Part shown: positions 1-13,356 of the stretch, in pieces | Layout of the letters: each line of letters begins with the position of its first letter | Position numbering within the stretch: the first letter of the stretch is position 1 | Origin: Antedon mediterranea | Taxonomy: Eukaryota > Animalia > Echinodermata | Assembly (NCBI RefSeq): GCF_964355755.1 | Contig: NC_092674.1 | Location: 17,918,001 to 17,982,000 of the forward strand | Direction: 5' to 3' | Length of the DNA: 64,000 nt | The notes under the pieces: generated by a model | What the model was told of the DNA's origin: nothing | The model's database searches: none | Seen by the model: the letters and a program-made list of their open reading frames with translations, nothing else | Made by a program: the position numbers and the translations under genes

Positions 1-980
1 TAATTATTTACAGTATGATGTATACTATAGTGTTCAATACACTACAATGCACTTTCGGGTCACAGGTCACTAACCTATTTTTTCAGGCAATTTGAACAAT
101 ATCTTTATTTTATGGCACAGTATTTGATGAAATATATAAATTCTTTTTTAATTAGGCTCAATTTAAAGCTGATGAATCATACTACACATTGATTATCATT
201 AAAAGTCATTTTAGTCATTGTTTTACAAAATTATGGAAATAGACGAAATTACGAGACCCATCTTTTAAAACCAATTATTAACACGATGACGTCATCATCT
301 TCGTCTTAAATGTACGTTTTATGGTAAATTATGATAAAAAGTGAGAAACAATGCACTAAGTAGCTCGCGGCGAATGACCTCTCGTGGACGGTCTTTAGGC
401 CTGGCCTAGATTTGCCAGACTCCGTTGATACAAATTGAGGAAAACCCAGTATTTTCGCTGAAAGGTTAGGAGTCTTCCATTTGTTTTGGCCTCACGATCA
501 ATCGAAAAGTGGGTTGAATTACTGAAGAAAAACAAAAATATCAATCCGCGCGCAATGTATTTTGGGATTTATAGCGGGCCGCTATAATTATTAAAATTGA
601 CTTATTTTTCACATTTTTAACCATTTAAAGATGAAAAAAGTTATCGCAATAGGACCATATAGTATTATTTTTACATTAAATACGGTTTGTGATCTTAAAT
701 TAGATCTAAAAAACGTAGGGAAGGTGTCTTTAAAATCTAAATACAAGCATGATGAATGCTGCAACAATTGTTTTCTTTTCCCAATATCGATGTGCAAAGC
801 TTTTTTAATTCAATTTGTAGGGTAAGAGTGTATTTTCAAAGTTCAGAATTGTGAAAACACTTTGAAAAAGATTTAAAAAGTTTAGAAGATTTGAATACGC
901 TTGGACCTATACCAAAGTTATGTCTGCAAGTTCAGTAAATAGATACTGGACAACTTAATTAAAATCAAAAGAAGCTTTAA

Positions 981-1311
981 AGATGTATTGTCCCCCAAAA
1001 ACATGAAAAATGAAGATTAATTAAATCAGACTTTGAATAAGTTATTTTGTAGTTTTAATAAAGTTAATCACTTCCATAGAAAAAAAAATGAAAAAAAATC
1101 ATGTTTTCACTTATAAAATGACAAAATAAATGGTTAATTTCAACCAAAAATCCATTGGCTGGCAGCCAATTTGATCATTTTTTGCTTTAAATTACATTTT
1201 TTCAGGTAAATACAATTTTTGTTCGAAGCGGATAACTATTATGTTACACTAAAATGGAATATTCAACAAAAAATGTTGTAAGAATTATTTTTTCAGGGGG
1301 ACAATACATCT
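981..1311. mobile_element. Non-autonomous TIR element (MITE) with TTAA target duplication, Kolobok-like
   Basis: 16-bp TIRs AGATGTATTGTCCCCC...GGGGGACAATACATCT flanked by TTAA (977-980, 1312-1315). AG..CT termini with a TTAA TSD fit Kolobok. Second copy at 37493-37831; older inverted copy at ~2010-2310. Confidence 0.75.
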
Positions 1312-2009
1312 TTAAGAGCAGTAGTCTATAAATATCGACCTTTAGGTGGTTAAGTCAAAAAATAGATTTTCTTTAAAATTTGCACAATGAAAGAGGTTTG
1401 GTTGAAACATGCACAGATAAAATTATTTTTGATATCTGTATCTTGTTGCCATAGTAACGACCATTTTTTTAAATTACAGCATTTTCTTGTAAATTATCCA
1501 ATTTTATCTAGTTTGGAGCTTCACAACGTCTATGGTAAAACTTGAGCTGCGTTCTTGATTATATATATTCTATGGACCTTGTGTGAATGGATAAAAGGCA
1601 AAAACTTTGGGGAATACATTTTTGTTAAACTGATGTCACAACAGTTTGTATTTTTTCTGATTTCAGGATATTTTATTTGTAAAGTAATGGCATAAAAATT
1701 GAACTGAATTCAAATTGAATCAAATATTAAAACCTAAATGTAGAGCAAACATTACTCTATACATTGACATAAAGAATTAAATATTTGAAAAAGAAAAACT
1801 GTACTTATGGCTATTTTTTATCAAACCATACCCAAAATTGTTTAATAATCTAGAACTTGATGTTTTGTTAACTTATGTACGTACATATTCATAGCTATAA
1901 ACATGTGCATAACGATGCTTAAATGAATCAGAGTATAGGCATATCATATATTATATATGAGATATTAGTCATATCTTAAAAATAATATTTACATGTTTTA
2001 GATATGGAA

Positions 2010-2310
2010 AAAAATAATTTTTTACATTTTGTTGTTGATTATGCCATTTTAATATCATATAATAGTTATCCACATTGACCAAAACATGGATCGAAAACAA
2101 AATTATTTACCTGAAAAAACTGTAATTTAAAGCAAAAAAATAGTCAAATTAGCTACTAGCCAATGGATTTTTGGTTGAATTTTCATTCATTTATTTTGTC
2201 ATTTTAGTGAAAACATAATTTTGTCTTCGTTTTTTTTCTACGCAATTGATTAACTTGATTAAAAAAAACTACAAATAACCTATTTAAAGCCTGATGTAAT
2301 TAATCTTGCA
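2010..2310 (-). repeat. Diverged inverted copy of the 981-1311 MITE interior
   Basis: Reverse complement matches 1015-1290 (e.g. GCCAATGGATTTTTGGTTGAA vs TTCAACCAAAAATCCATTGGC). Confidence 0.65.
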
Positions 2311-2399
2311 CTTACAGATATTTGTGTTCCCTACTCCAAAATTGTCCAAAACTGTGGAACTGATTGGTATAATTAGAAATGCGTTAAAATCCCACCTTA

Positions 2400-2774
2400 A
2401 GCCGATTTTCCACTAGGCGAATTTGTTCGCGCGAATCGAAAGCGTCATGCTATGCACATGCGTATTCGCGTTTCTGTCTGTCATACTGCCTTCTTCGACG
2501 AATTCTAGTTCCTTTGATTTTTCGCTTCAGCGAAATTTACTAGTTCGAATTTTTTCTACTTTTTACGAAGCGAAATATTGCGCAACCAATCAGAGCTCAG
2601 GAAATAAGCTATGACGCTTTCATGAGCACTCATGCGAATCGAAATGCTCAGCAACCACGCGAGGAACATGAACGTTGCAGCTATTCGCTCATGTAGTGGA
2701 AAGAGAGTAGGCGATTTTTTTCTCTTCGAAACGTTAGATTCGCGCGAACAAATTCGCCTAGTGGAAAATCAGCT
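2400..2774. mobile_element. PIF/Harbinger-type MITE
   Basis: ~38-bp TIRs AGCCGATTTTCCACTAGGCGAATTTGTTCGCGCGAATC / GATTCGCGCGAACAAATTCGCCTAGTGGAAAATCAGCT; 3-bp TSD TTA (2397-2399, 2775-2777). Confidence 0.8.
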
Positions 2775-3114
2775 TTAGGGATGAGAATATTTAATGTTAA
2801 TTTTTGTGTTCACTGGATATAGGTAGGCATACATAAAGATACCAAAAAATGTACGTAGTGTAAACCTCTCATATCCCATTTACTGTTTTTCCCTTCACTA
2901 CAATGCTCAAACTTGTGGCCATGTCAAGAACTCAATCACAAGATGTTGAGGTGTCTCCTGATTTTTGTTAACAGAATAGACCACTTTCATTAGTCTAGTG
3001 TGCAAGCTATCAAACAACTTGATAGCCTTGGTCTGACGTGTCCCTTCTTTGAAGTTGTCTTTTCTATAAATATATTGGGTTGGATGGAACAACTCAGTCA
3101 CCATGTACTTCATC

Positions 3115-4207
3115 GGAGTGAAAATCTAAATTTTTTGTACAAATCGCATTCTACTTACCATCCTTAGTATATTCACCAAATTTGAGTCCGTTCCGACTTA
3201 AAATAACGCTACACGGGCAGGTTAAAAATGACAAAATGCGCACATTAATTGCATAAAAGTGCTGAAAAGGGTGAAAAATAAGGCATTTTTAAAATGAAAA
3301 TAATTCTTCAGAATGCAAGATGACCCCAATTTTTTTTAATTATTCTGGAAGCCATTGAGTTGTAGATATGAATTCATGTACACATTTCACGTACAAAATG
3401 TTGTGACGTCATCAAATGGCCACTTAAATTTAAAAATTAGGTGTTTTTCTCTTTCGTCATAGATTATCACATTCAACAGAGCGTATCTCGGTTATTTTGT
3501 GCCCGATTTTTGCTAAAATATATGATTGCTCAATTAATTATCTTTCTTATTATGAGTTTTCAACATTGTCATTTTGATGACGTCATCATGCCTAAAAACT
3601 TGAATAACATAGGTCGTGTAATTTCACCTCCAACATATATTTAGAAATCTCACAGCGCTTCAGAATAAAAGGTGACCTTGATAATTACAATTGATTCTGA
3701 AAGCTGATGAAATGTAGATATGAATTCATATAAAAATTAAGCCTATCGGATGTTGTGACGTATGATATGGCCAGTTGAAATGAAAAAGTAGTTTTTTTAT
3801 TTCTTTAGTCAAAGTTATACAAATTTCAAAGAGCGCGCAACACGCTTCTACGTGCCAAATGCTCTTCTAAGTCTTATATTTTTTTGTTCAACTCATTATC
3901 TTCCGAAATTGTCATCTTCAAGTTTTTTTATAACGTCATCCTACCCAAAAATTACAACATGATGTTGGTCCCGTAATTTCACCTATGCGGCACTGTATAT
4001 AGATATGCAGTATAATATACTGTATACTACTGTACTATTGATTGAGCTCCCTTCCCTTATGAAGATATCTAAAAATATGATGATGCCCTCATTGTCCTTT
4101 AAAAAATGTTATGTTAACGTACATGCATGTTTAAAAAAATGTAATTTCATTAAAATTATAAAAATGATCACCTATAATTCTTCAAAGTGACGAATTAAAT
4201 TCTAGTT
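3115..4207 (+). mobile_element. 5'-truncated non-autonomous Helentron (DINE-like) copy in the last GPHN intron
   Basis: Colinear with 34190-34529 plus 36696-37435. Ends in subTIR AAATGATCACCTA, hairpin AATTC(T)TCA-AAG-TGACGAATT and TCTAGTT. Confidence 0.7.
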
Positions 4208-5439
4208 TAAAAAATTATGATTTAGCTTATAAAAAACAGTAAATCAAATACAAACCCATTGAACTTCAATGGGCTTCCAGTTTACTACTCTTTTTTTAAA
4301 TTATGATTTTATTAGGTTAAATAATTTTTCGTTTTAATCAATCATCAACATTTATTCCATAATAAAAATGTCGATGATTGATTGTTTCCATCAATTTTTT
4401 CGTCAAAGTGAATAACTATTGTAACATTAAAATGGCTTATTCAATAATTTAAAAAAAGTGTGGGGGGTCATTTAAGCCTCTGACCTTTAACATTGTATAT
4501 GGTTAAAGAGAAAATTATGGAAAAAGTTTCAAATGGCAGCCATTATGAAAAGTAATTACTAATAAACAACCCAGGGTAGATTTTAGATACTAATATCTAT
4601 ATAGGCCTATATTTTAGTATGTTTTAACAACAACTAAATATTTTGGGCTGAAAAAGCTATACCACCTATTTCTATATTACAAATAACATGAGAAAATGTA
4701 AATTTCAACCATTTATCTAGAAACACTACACAGAAGTTACATGATTCCCCACGATAATTTTAATGGAAACAGCACTGGAGAAAGCTTTCAGCCAACCATG
4801 GTTGCTTTTAAAGCGTTACCATCAGAGCAAAACATACCAAAATTCCCATGTATGAAATTCCTGAAAACATCCCTAAGAAGAATAATGGGATCTCCTAAAT
4901 TCAATAATTGATTTACGTAAATTTTTGTTTTACATTATAGAGCAAGATTTTGGTACAAAAAGATTTCACAAAAGCAATTCACAAATTCTTTTTCGTTTTT
5001 CATAGGTGCCATATCTAATTAAGGGCAAAATTCACATGCCAAAATTACAATTTGGGGTGGAAAATCACACACCTGTAAAAAATATTTAAGTTTTGTTATA
5101 TTTACCCAAAGTGTGATTAATTACCAAAGTGTGAAGAAAATCCATTTTTTGGCATTTGGCCAAAATAAATAATAATAGGTTGATATTTGTAGTCAACCGC
5201 TCTTAAACATATCCAACTTACTAAAGAGGAGGCCCGACAATCCCATTTGGGTAAACCTGAATGTTCCATAGATGACGCTATACCAACTACAAGATTTCAT
5301 GGTAACAATTCCAAGTCACATAAACTCACTCATGATTAAGCTGCGTCTATGAACCAGCGAAAGCTAGAGTAAAAACAAGTTTTACGGTTTTAATCCCTTT
5401 GGATCATCCAAAAGAAAAAATTATTTGAATACTATATAC

Positions 5440-5615
5440 AGAGATCCAGATCCACTAAATTTAGATACCAGTGCATGTTCACTATAAATAAGTGCATCTA
5501 ACTAGAAAACTGGTCTATTGCAATAACTCTGAAATTTGCAATCGAGTGACCAGCTGAATTAAAATGTTTGGCTTCAGGTTGATCAAGCTTTAATGTTTTG
5601 ATAGCTGATCTGTGA
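5440..5615 (-). mobile_element. Penelope-like element fragment (GIY-YIG C-terminal region)
   Basis: HRSAIKTLKLDQPEAKHFNSAGHSIANFRVIAID resembles the PVAxHFNxxxHS segment of PLE GIY-YIG endonucleases. Confidence 0.6.
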
Positions 5616-6004
5616 AACGGACCAACCATAAGGAAGGATAGAACGTCATTTGGAATAAAGCCCCCCACCCCCACCTTCTCTCGAATAAACTCCCCGTTAA
5701 TATAAATTATATGTATGTTTAGATAGTTATTTCTGAAAAGAAACATACATGAACTGTATTTAACATATAATTATATATATATGCCTAATATTATTTCTGT
5801 AATACACACTACGGTATGTATAAAGGTTAAAAAATAGAGATGTGTAAAAAGCAGAAAATAAGGGTAGAAAACGGAAATTTAACATGATATGAAATCTAAA
5901 TATACAAATACTGTAATACATTTATAAAAAATTGAATGAATAAATATGGTCAAAAGAATTTGGTAAATGTAAAATAAAGTTGTTTTTCTTTAAAATCATT
6001 TCAG

Positions 6005-6238
6005 ATTGAAAAGGATATGAAACTAGACCCTCGACCAGAATTCCATAGGGTAAATTTAGTATGGAAGGATGAAGACTCAGTACCTACAGCCATCAGCACT
6101 GGAAATCAAATGAGTTCTCGTTTACTGAGCATGTTATCGGCTCATGCATTGCTTCAACTTCCTCAAAAAACCAATGATAAATCTACAATAAAGGCTGGAG
6201 ATTTATTAGATGCTTTTATCATTAGTAGAATAACATAA
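6005..6238 (+). CDS. GPHN: Gephyrin, last coding exon (C-terminus of the MoeA-like E domain)
   Basis: Acceptor tcattttcAG at 6003-6004, phase 0. IEKDMKLDPRPEFHRVNLVW...STGNQMSSRLLSMLSAHALLQLP...GDLLDAFIISRIT* matches the gephyrin C-terminus (KLDPRPEYHR...STGNQMSSRLMSM). Upstream exons not seen in the window. Confidence 0.93.
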   Translation: MEKDMKLDPRPEFHRVNLVWKDEDSVPTAISTGNQMSSRLLSMLSAHALLQLPQKTNDKSTIKAGDLLDAFIISRIT

Positions 6239-6274
6239 AACCTACAAAAAATAGCCCATCTAGAAAAGTAATCT

Positions 6275-6280
6275 AATAAA
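6275..6280 (+). promoter_or_regulatory. Candidate GPHN polyadenylation signal
   Basis: AATAAA 37 nt after the stop codon; an alternative lies at 6521-6526. AT-rich context makes this weak. Confidence 0.35.
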
Positions 6281-6741
6281 GATATTCGAGATAGTACTAT
6301 TGCTAAACTACTGATAAAGAATGTAGGTTTATGTTAATATAAATGTCAGATGTAAACTGATGATATGTTTATCATAATGTCAAGTCCCTTTTCCTTCACT
6401 ATTCTTTCTGCCGTTTTTATTTGTGATGTTTCTCTAAAACTTGTGAAAAGACCATTTCGTAACTTGGTCAACCTTCAATGCAATTAAAAATTCTTTAATC
6501 ATCCCACACGGGGCAATTCAAATAAAAAGGTCTGGATTAAAATGATCTTACAAAATATCACAATACACGGTACAATATAACAAGATTCAAAGTTCAAGAA
6601 TTTAAGAGTCGGATGGCCACTGGCAAAAACAAATTTCTTTTCTGGTTTGTTCTACATGCCGGGCATCAAAAGCGACGCCCATGAGGCATGAGCTCGAAAT
6701 CACTGAACAAGGCATGGTTAATATTTTTTAGAATAGCTCTA

Positions 6742-9700
6742 TAGTATAGGCCACTATGTAATTTCGTGTCATTTTTTTGTTAAAAGCAAAATTCCAGCTG
6801 ATTTAGTGTCTTTAGGATGTAAAGTAATGAAAAAAATATGTTGCCATTTTTTTAAAAAAGCTTAAGGGTGTCAAATCCAAGATGGCCGCCAATACGTAAA
6901 ATATCCAATAAATGTACCATATTGGACAAAGTAACACCCATTATGAATAATATTTTAAGTTCATATGGGTTCTCTGCTATATAAGAATTATTATAAACCT
7001 ATATTCATTAGTATTCTGAAATTTTGAATTTCAAAATGGCCGCCATTTTTTAAAAATGGATTAAATTTCTTATTAAAACATGTGCAAGCTATGACGTTGA
7101 TTGAAATCACATAAAATGATAGGCCTATGACAACAAAATTTGTGATTAACACAAAATGGCGGCCAATTTGAATTTTAAAATGGCCGCCATTTTTTTAAAA
7201 TGGGTTAAATTTCTTATTAAAACTTGTATAAGTTAAATAAAATTAGATTGAAATATACAAAATGATATGCTTATGACAACAACATGGTGATCAACACAAA
7301 ATGTTGACCATCAGGAGGTCTACTGTACTGACAGTACACTTCTTCATATTAAAACATCTCATAAACTTCTTCAGTTAAATGACAACTAACTCTGCCAAAG
7401 TCCTTCAATGAAATATTTCTAATCTTGAATGCGATACAGTAAGTTGACCTTCCTTCGTTCTTTACTACTGTATCCATCAAACTTCCACAGACTGATCTGC
7501 GTTCCCAACAACCTTGTTCAGAAACAAATTGGCAAAATAACTGAAATACCTCATTTCACCGGCAAATAATCTCTATAGGAGTCTTCTTTTACTTTGATAA
7601 GTTTGTCACCTGTATTCACCGTCATATATATTTTTTGCCAATATTCGTCTTTTTCTTAGGATCCCATATAGACAGTTTGCCTTCTACAAGACTTTTACCA
7701 ATGCCTCAAACATTTTCTGTCCAATTTCATCATGCCATGGCCAACAAACACCTTTGTGCGAATTGCAGCATTCTTCATTAATCGGGATATCATCTCTCTT
7801 TAAATGTTAACTAGATTTACCAGCTCTGATGAAATCATTAATTTGTGTTATTCCAATGATACCACGCTCAAAGACCCTGATCAATTGATGTAAATCCAGC
7901 AAGTCCCACACATACATGTCCTCTCATATACATATATAGGGATATAGTTTAACCACATCATTTAGATTTCGTCGACTCTCTGTATGTATTCAAATTAATA
8001 TCTTTATGATCAGCCTCTTTCAAACAAAATGATACTTAACTTAGAATCTCTTTTTCCGTCTGCATTTGTAGAAGCAAGTTGTAGAGAGAAAGCAGAATTA
8101 GTCATGTGCTTTTGTCCATTTAAGATAAAACAAAATTCAACAAAAGCACTTGCCTCAACACTATTTTCACAATCCACTCATCTCGGGCAAGAGTCATCAC
8201 CAGGCATTCTTGTCTTTCCTTAGTACATGAGTTTTTATACCACAACCATGTGCACTCATCAAACCAGTGTATAATGCTGTAGGGGGTACATATCTAATGA
8301 AATTGGTTGAGATTGTAGAAGATGAGAAGTAGGAATTCATTCATTTACAAGGTTATTTATAGGCAGAGCTGTATCTGTATTTCCTTCAAGCTTCTGCCAA
8401 AAGTTGACCGGTTGAAAACTTACCAACCATACTGGCCCTGAAGGTTCAGACATTGAATTACATAGCAATAACGCATTTATTATTTAACATATTTATACAG
8501 GATTTCACAATAAGGTATAAATGCACTTGTTTTATATTGTGGTCCTGTCTCCTGTCAAGTTTCAGTTTCATGAAAAGAAATGAGATCTGTAATTTAGAAT
8601 ATATATATAAATTATGGTTAATTCTGACATAGGCGAGCACAATGGAAAAACTTTGGAACAAATTTCTGCCTTGGATACCTCCCTGAACTATCTCAGGTGT
8701 ACCGCGAAATGTAAAACAGTTTTCACTATTACGATATTGTTCCATATTTCTATCTTAGGAATATATTATAAAGAGTTTTAAAACAAAATTTCTGATTCAT
8801 CGGTAGATTTTCAACTCAATTTCAATTGTACGCGGTCAAAGTAATTTCCGGGTTCACAGTGAGTTCACATGTTCACCTTGCAACTACCTGGTTTCAGTTA
8901 AGTTGGTCGTTAGTAGCTATTTTAGTTTTTTTTTTATTTTCGGATTGGACCGCGTGTGTGAAGGTACAGTAGTTAAAAAATAAAATCCCGATAGCCGAGT
9001 TTTATTGAGTAAGCTGGCAGGAATAACTGTAGGCTATCTGTGTCCCATTAGGGCCCATATTGCAAGCCGTCTAAAACATCTTCCTTCTTGGGCCGAAACG
9101 GCCTACACTGTCGCGGAAGTTAGTTTCAAAAGATGTTTAAATTAAATAATGTATTATGATGTTATTTATTTGAATAAACACCTCCCCAATAAAACATCAC
9201 TTTGAATAATAATCGCCTACACCCCCCCCCCCCCCCCCCCCACATTAATTATACCTACAATATTGTATATACTATTTATAATAGAATTCATTACACTGTT
9301 AACTATAATTTACCAAGCATTTGTTATAATTTTTACCACTTTTCATATCTATTAGACAGGATTTTATTTGATTATGAATGTTACGATATTATTAAAACTA
9401 AAAAATCCCTCGAATAAGCATCTCCCTCAAATGAACTCTGCCTCCACCTCCGCCCTATACAACAATAAACACTATACTTTAAAATGTTATCAATCATCTA
9501 AGACACTGTGAAACAGAGTAGGTTTAGTTTTTCGAATGTCAAGCATTTTCAATAATGGTAACCGACAGAAAACGTACAAGGAGAACGTCCTTCTAAAACC
9601 TTTTTACCCGAGTCATTATCCTTCCGAGAACCTTCGTTTACACTTCCTAGAGGGGAGCGAACGAACTAGAGGTCTAACCCTCTAGTTAGACGTAATTGTT

Positions 9701-10256
9701 GTTGAATATTTGATATAAATTTTTAATTTGTTCCAACTCCAACTTTGAACGATTACTTAATTTAATAGTCATAGTGGGGTATTATATATCTGTTATATAG
9801 AGAGAGGACATTGACAACTTTAGACTTATATTTACAATTTATAATCCTGTGAGAAGTGACAATTTTAGAACATTGTGTACAAACAACAATTTATGCACAC
9901 ATATTTAAAAAAAATTATTTAAAGAATTTAATTTTTAGTGGTGGCCATTTTGAAATCCAAGATGGCCGACAGATTATCACTTTACACAGTTAGGATTGTA
10001 TAATGGCTACAGTAATACCATCAAAACGGACTTTTTCCACATTCATAATATGTATTATTGGTGATATTCTGATTTTTAATAGGGTTATTTGAATGTTGGT
10101 GGCCATCTTGAATTTGGTCCTTTAAATGTCTTTTGAAAAAATGGCAACATATTTTTTTTCATTCCTTATATTATCAAGATATGAAATAAAGTCAAAGTTT
10201 GCTTTTAACAAAAAATATACAGGACATTCATATAAACGACATACCAGCCTACACTA
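6742..10256 (-). mobile_element. Degenerate Academ-type DNA transposon
   Basis: Imperfect ~110-bp TIRs starting TAGT(A/G)TAGGC; 3-bp TSD CTA (6739-6741, 10257-10259). Minus-strand relic peptides DEIGQKMFEALVK..VEGKLSIWDPKKK and GDKLIKVKED..RLFA (~7560-7735) resemble Academ transposase. Contains a nested Helitron. Confidence 0.7.
8600..9685 (+). mobile_element. Non-autonomous Helitron, family copy 1
   Basis: Starts T(A)TATATATAAATTATGG, ends in hairpin CTAGAGGG...CCCTCTAG followed by T. Homologous to 10550-11882, 28498-29804 and 52433-53623. Confidence 0.75.
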
Positions 10257-10549
10257 CTACTTTTTTCTAGAGTTTGCATGTCACAGAAAGAAGATAAGCT
10301 ACGAAGTTGACAACCTATTAATTTAACAATTCTTTGTAGTGCGTTTCTCTCTTTGACCCTAAGACTAAAAAACCAGCATATAAAGGAATTATAAAAAACC
10401 CTAAGAATTTCTTCTTTCTTTACTATTGCCTCTGTATTTAATTCCCAGCCGAGACTGTCCTCAAAGTACCTAGGTATTTAAAGGAATGGACCTGAAATTC
10501 TATGATTGTTCAAAAGCTAAAAGGCATTTTTATTGAAAATTTAAAAAAA

Positions 10550-11882
10550 CTAGAGGGTGAGCTCGCTTTGCTCGCTCCCCCTCTAGGAAGTGTAGAGGAT
10601 GGTTCTCGGAATGATAATGTTCTCCTTGTACATTTTCTGTCGGTTACCATTATTGAAAATGCTTGACATTCGAAAACTAAACTACTTTGTTTCAGTGTTT
10701 TAGATGATTAATAACATTTTAAAGTATAGTTTTTATTGTTTGGTAGGGCCCTTTGGGGAGGCGGAGTTCATTTGAGGGAGGTGCTTATTCCAGGGATATA
10801 TGTTACATTTTTTAGTTTTAATAATATGGTAACATTTATAATCAAATGAAATCCTCTAATAGATATGAAAAGTGGTAAAAAAGCATAACAAATGCTTGGA
10901 AATTGTAGATAACAGTGCGATGAATTCTACTACAAATAGTATAATTGTGTTATTATAAATGTGGATGGACGTTTATTAGATAGTTGGGTTGAGGGGGGTG
11001 GGGATTATTATTCAAAGTGATGTTTTATTGGAGAGGCGTTTATTCAAATAAATACCATCCTAATAATTATTAATACATTATTTAATTTAAACATCTTTTG
11101 AAACTAACTGCCGTGACAGAGTGGGCCCAAGAAAGAAGACATTACGGCTTGCAACATGGGCAGACATCTCGGTCTCAACGGGACACAAGAAGATAGCCTA
11201 CAGTTATTCCTTCCAGGATTTCACTCGATTTTAAACAAAATGCCTTATCATCAAATCTCCCTATGTAATTTTATAATACTATTCCCCACAATATATTCCG
11301 ATTCTTATGGCGTATATTTAATTTGATCTTTATTAATTTGCAGTATAATTTCTATTTTTAACTACTGTATATTCACACACGCGCGGTATGTTTTAAAAAA
11401 AACAAAAAACTGAAATGGCTATGACTAATGGCCAACTTAAGCGCCAGTCCTGCTATCTGATTTTTTTTTTCCGTCTTCCAAAGGGACACTGTATTGATTG
11501 ATGGAGTGCCTGTTTCCAGTCACCTTTAGGGTCAAATCTATTATTTTAACTGCTCCCTTGTGTATAAAAGAGAGAAAATAGTTGAAACCAGGTTGTTGCA
11601 AGGTGAACTTATCGTAAACCCGGAAATTACTTTGACCGCGAAGAATTGAAATTGAGTTGAAAATCTACTGTTGAAATCATAAATTTTGTTAAAAAACTCT
11701 TTATTATATCTTCCTAAGATAGAAATATGGAACAATAGCGTCGAACTGAACACTAATGTTATCAAATCTACGTTTCGCGGTACATTTGAGATAGATAAGG
11801 TAGGTATCCAAGGCGGAGATTTGTACCGAAGTTTTTGCATTGTGCTCGCCTGTGTCAGAATTAACCATAATTTATATATAGA
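10550..11882 (-). mobile_element. Non-autonomous Helitron, copy 2 (full length, canonical ends)
   Basis: On the minus strand: A|TCTATATATAAATTATGG ... hairpin ...CCCTCTAG|T. TC..CTAG ends, inserted between A and T, no TSD. Confidence 0.85.
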
Positions 11883-12719
11883 TGTAGTCATCATATCAAG
11901 GGTCAACTTTTATTTAAGTAAAAATGCCGTTCTTTAGAGAGGCCTATGGTCTCAATTTATCGGTGAGCATACAAGACCTCACCTCACGCATATTTTATGC
12001 GTGAGGTGCTCCTACAATATACTGTTATATACATCAAGAAAATAGCTAAACTATCAATCTTGCATCAAGGGAAGTAAATTGTAAGGGAAGCTTTAGCCAA
12101 GAATATTTGGGGGTGCTCCGGAGGGAGGTGTCTGACATGAGGATTTCACGTTGATGCCTGGCAAGGTTTTTAATCAGCTTCGGTAATGGGCTCTCAAATG
12201 AAGCCATTTTTTTTGGTTGATTGTACTTTATTATACAGTAATTATATATCATTTTATTACATTACATTTCAAATTTATATCTTTCCGTATTTGTTTCGGT
12301 TAAAACTGGGAAACAATAAATATTAACGTTTCCAGTCAAAGGAGACTGTACACTGTACTGTATTTGTTTTAAATATAATGTACTATATGAAACATTAAGC
12401 ATAATCTAAGTGAGTGGTGGGAAACTCTATCATGACTCACTTGTGCTTTTGTGGTTTCAAATTGTAAAGAATTTTGAAACAAAGAATGTACACACTGTTA
12501 TAAGTGCTGAGGCCTACATAAATCATATTGTGATGACATTACTAAAACGAATAATTTGTTTGTTGTGTTATGTAGCTCAGGATTCAACAAAGTACTTTAT
12601 AAATTGATGGTACATTTCAATTCATTTTATACGATATTATTGTCATTTATTTATTTGCCTACAAATCATAATGTAAAATAAACAGAGGAAAATTGGTCAG
12701 AGGCTGCTAAACTAAATTA

Positions 12720-13143
12720 CTATTATTTCTTCTTTCATCAAAATGTCTTGACGTTTAGAAAAGTTGTATTTTCATATTTTGCGTCATAGTTCATGATTAA
12801 AAGAGCGTGCATCCATATCCTACGTATCTAAATTTCTTCAACACGTTAATATGTTGTTGCTCAGATAATTCCTTTCCAAAATTGCTATCTAGTTGTTTCA
12901 GTTTGATGAAGTCATCATGTTAAAAATTGAAATAGAAGGCCGGTCCCGTTATTTTCACCTATTCTGCACATGTAGTATGTATACTGTATATACTTAGACA
13001 CATTAGAGGGCACACTAATAATTTCTTCACGTCACAATGGCATAATCGTTTTTCTGTGCGCAATATTCTAACGTATGACGTGCATGTTGCGTTTGCGCGG
13101 CGGATAACCTAACTCGTCCATAATGACGAGTTCAAATCTAGTT
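12720..13143 (+). mobile_element. Helentron/Helitron 3' fragment (second subfamily)
   Basis: Ends AACTCGTC-CATAAT-GACGAGTT then TCTAGTT; homologous to 33110-33580. Confidence 0.6.
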
Positions 13144-13356
13144 CATACATTTGTACCGTTCTTACAATAAATTCATACATTTTCATGTGTGAATATATAG
13201 TTAATATTTGTTATTTCAGCCTATTTTGTTAAAAATAAGTAGGCATATTCGAATCAACATTTTTCAGGTAAATTTTTTTTTTCTCGATCCAATTTTTCAT
13301 CAAAGTGAATAACTTATATGAAATTATATATATAAAAAAACATCATATAAACAAAA

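Larger units (their letters stand above)
6485..10500 (-). mobile_element. Rex/Babar-type LINE 3' fragment split by the Academ insertion (pieces 6485-6741 and 10260-10500)
   Basis: Removing 6742-10259 restores the frame ...CWFFSLRVKERNALQRIVKLIG...QTLEKSRAILKNINHALFSDFELMPHGRRF*CPACRTN...FLPVAIRLLN, typical of the Rex-Babar ORF2 C-terminus. Confidence 0.75.

Noticed and set aside
5160-5400. Very degenerate LINE RT-like traces (also 12050-12200 and 58520-58700)
   Set aside because: Too short and decayed to classify or bound reliably by eye.
6017-6238. Stand-alone bacterial moeA-like ORF
   Set aside because: It is only the C-terminal 77 aa, preceded by a splice acceptor, and the sequence is gephyrin-type.
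11541-11937. ORFs recurring at 8458, 11541/11686 and 29355/29377
   Set aside because: They lie in non-autonomous Helitron copies, frames are not preserved between copies, and there are no Rep/helicase motifs.
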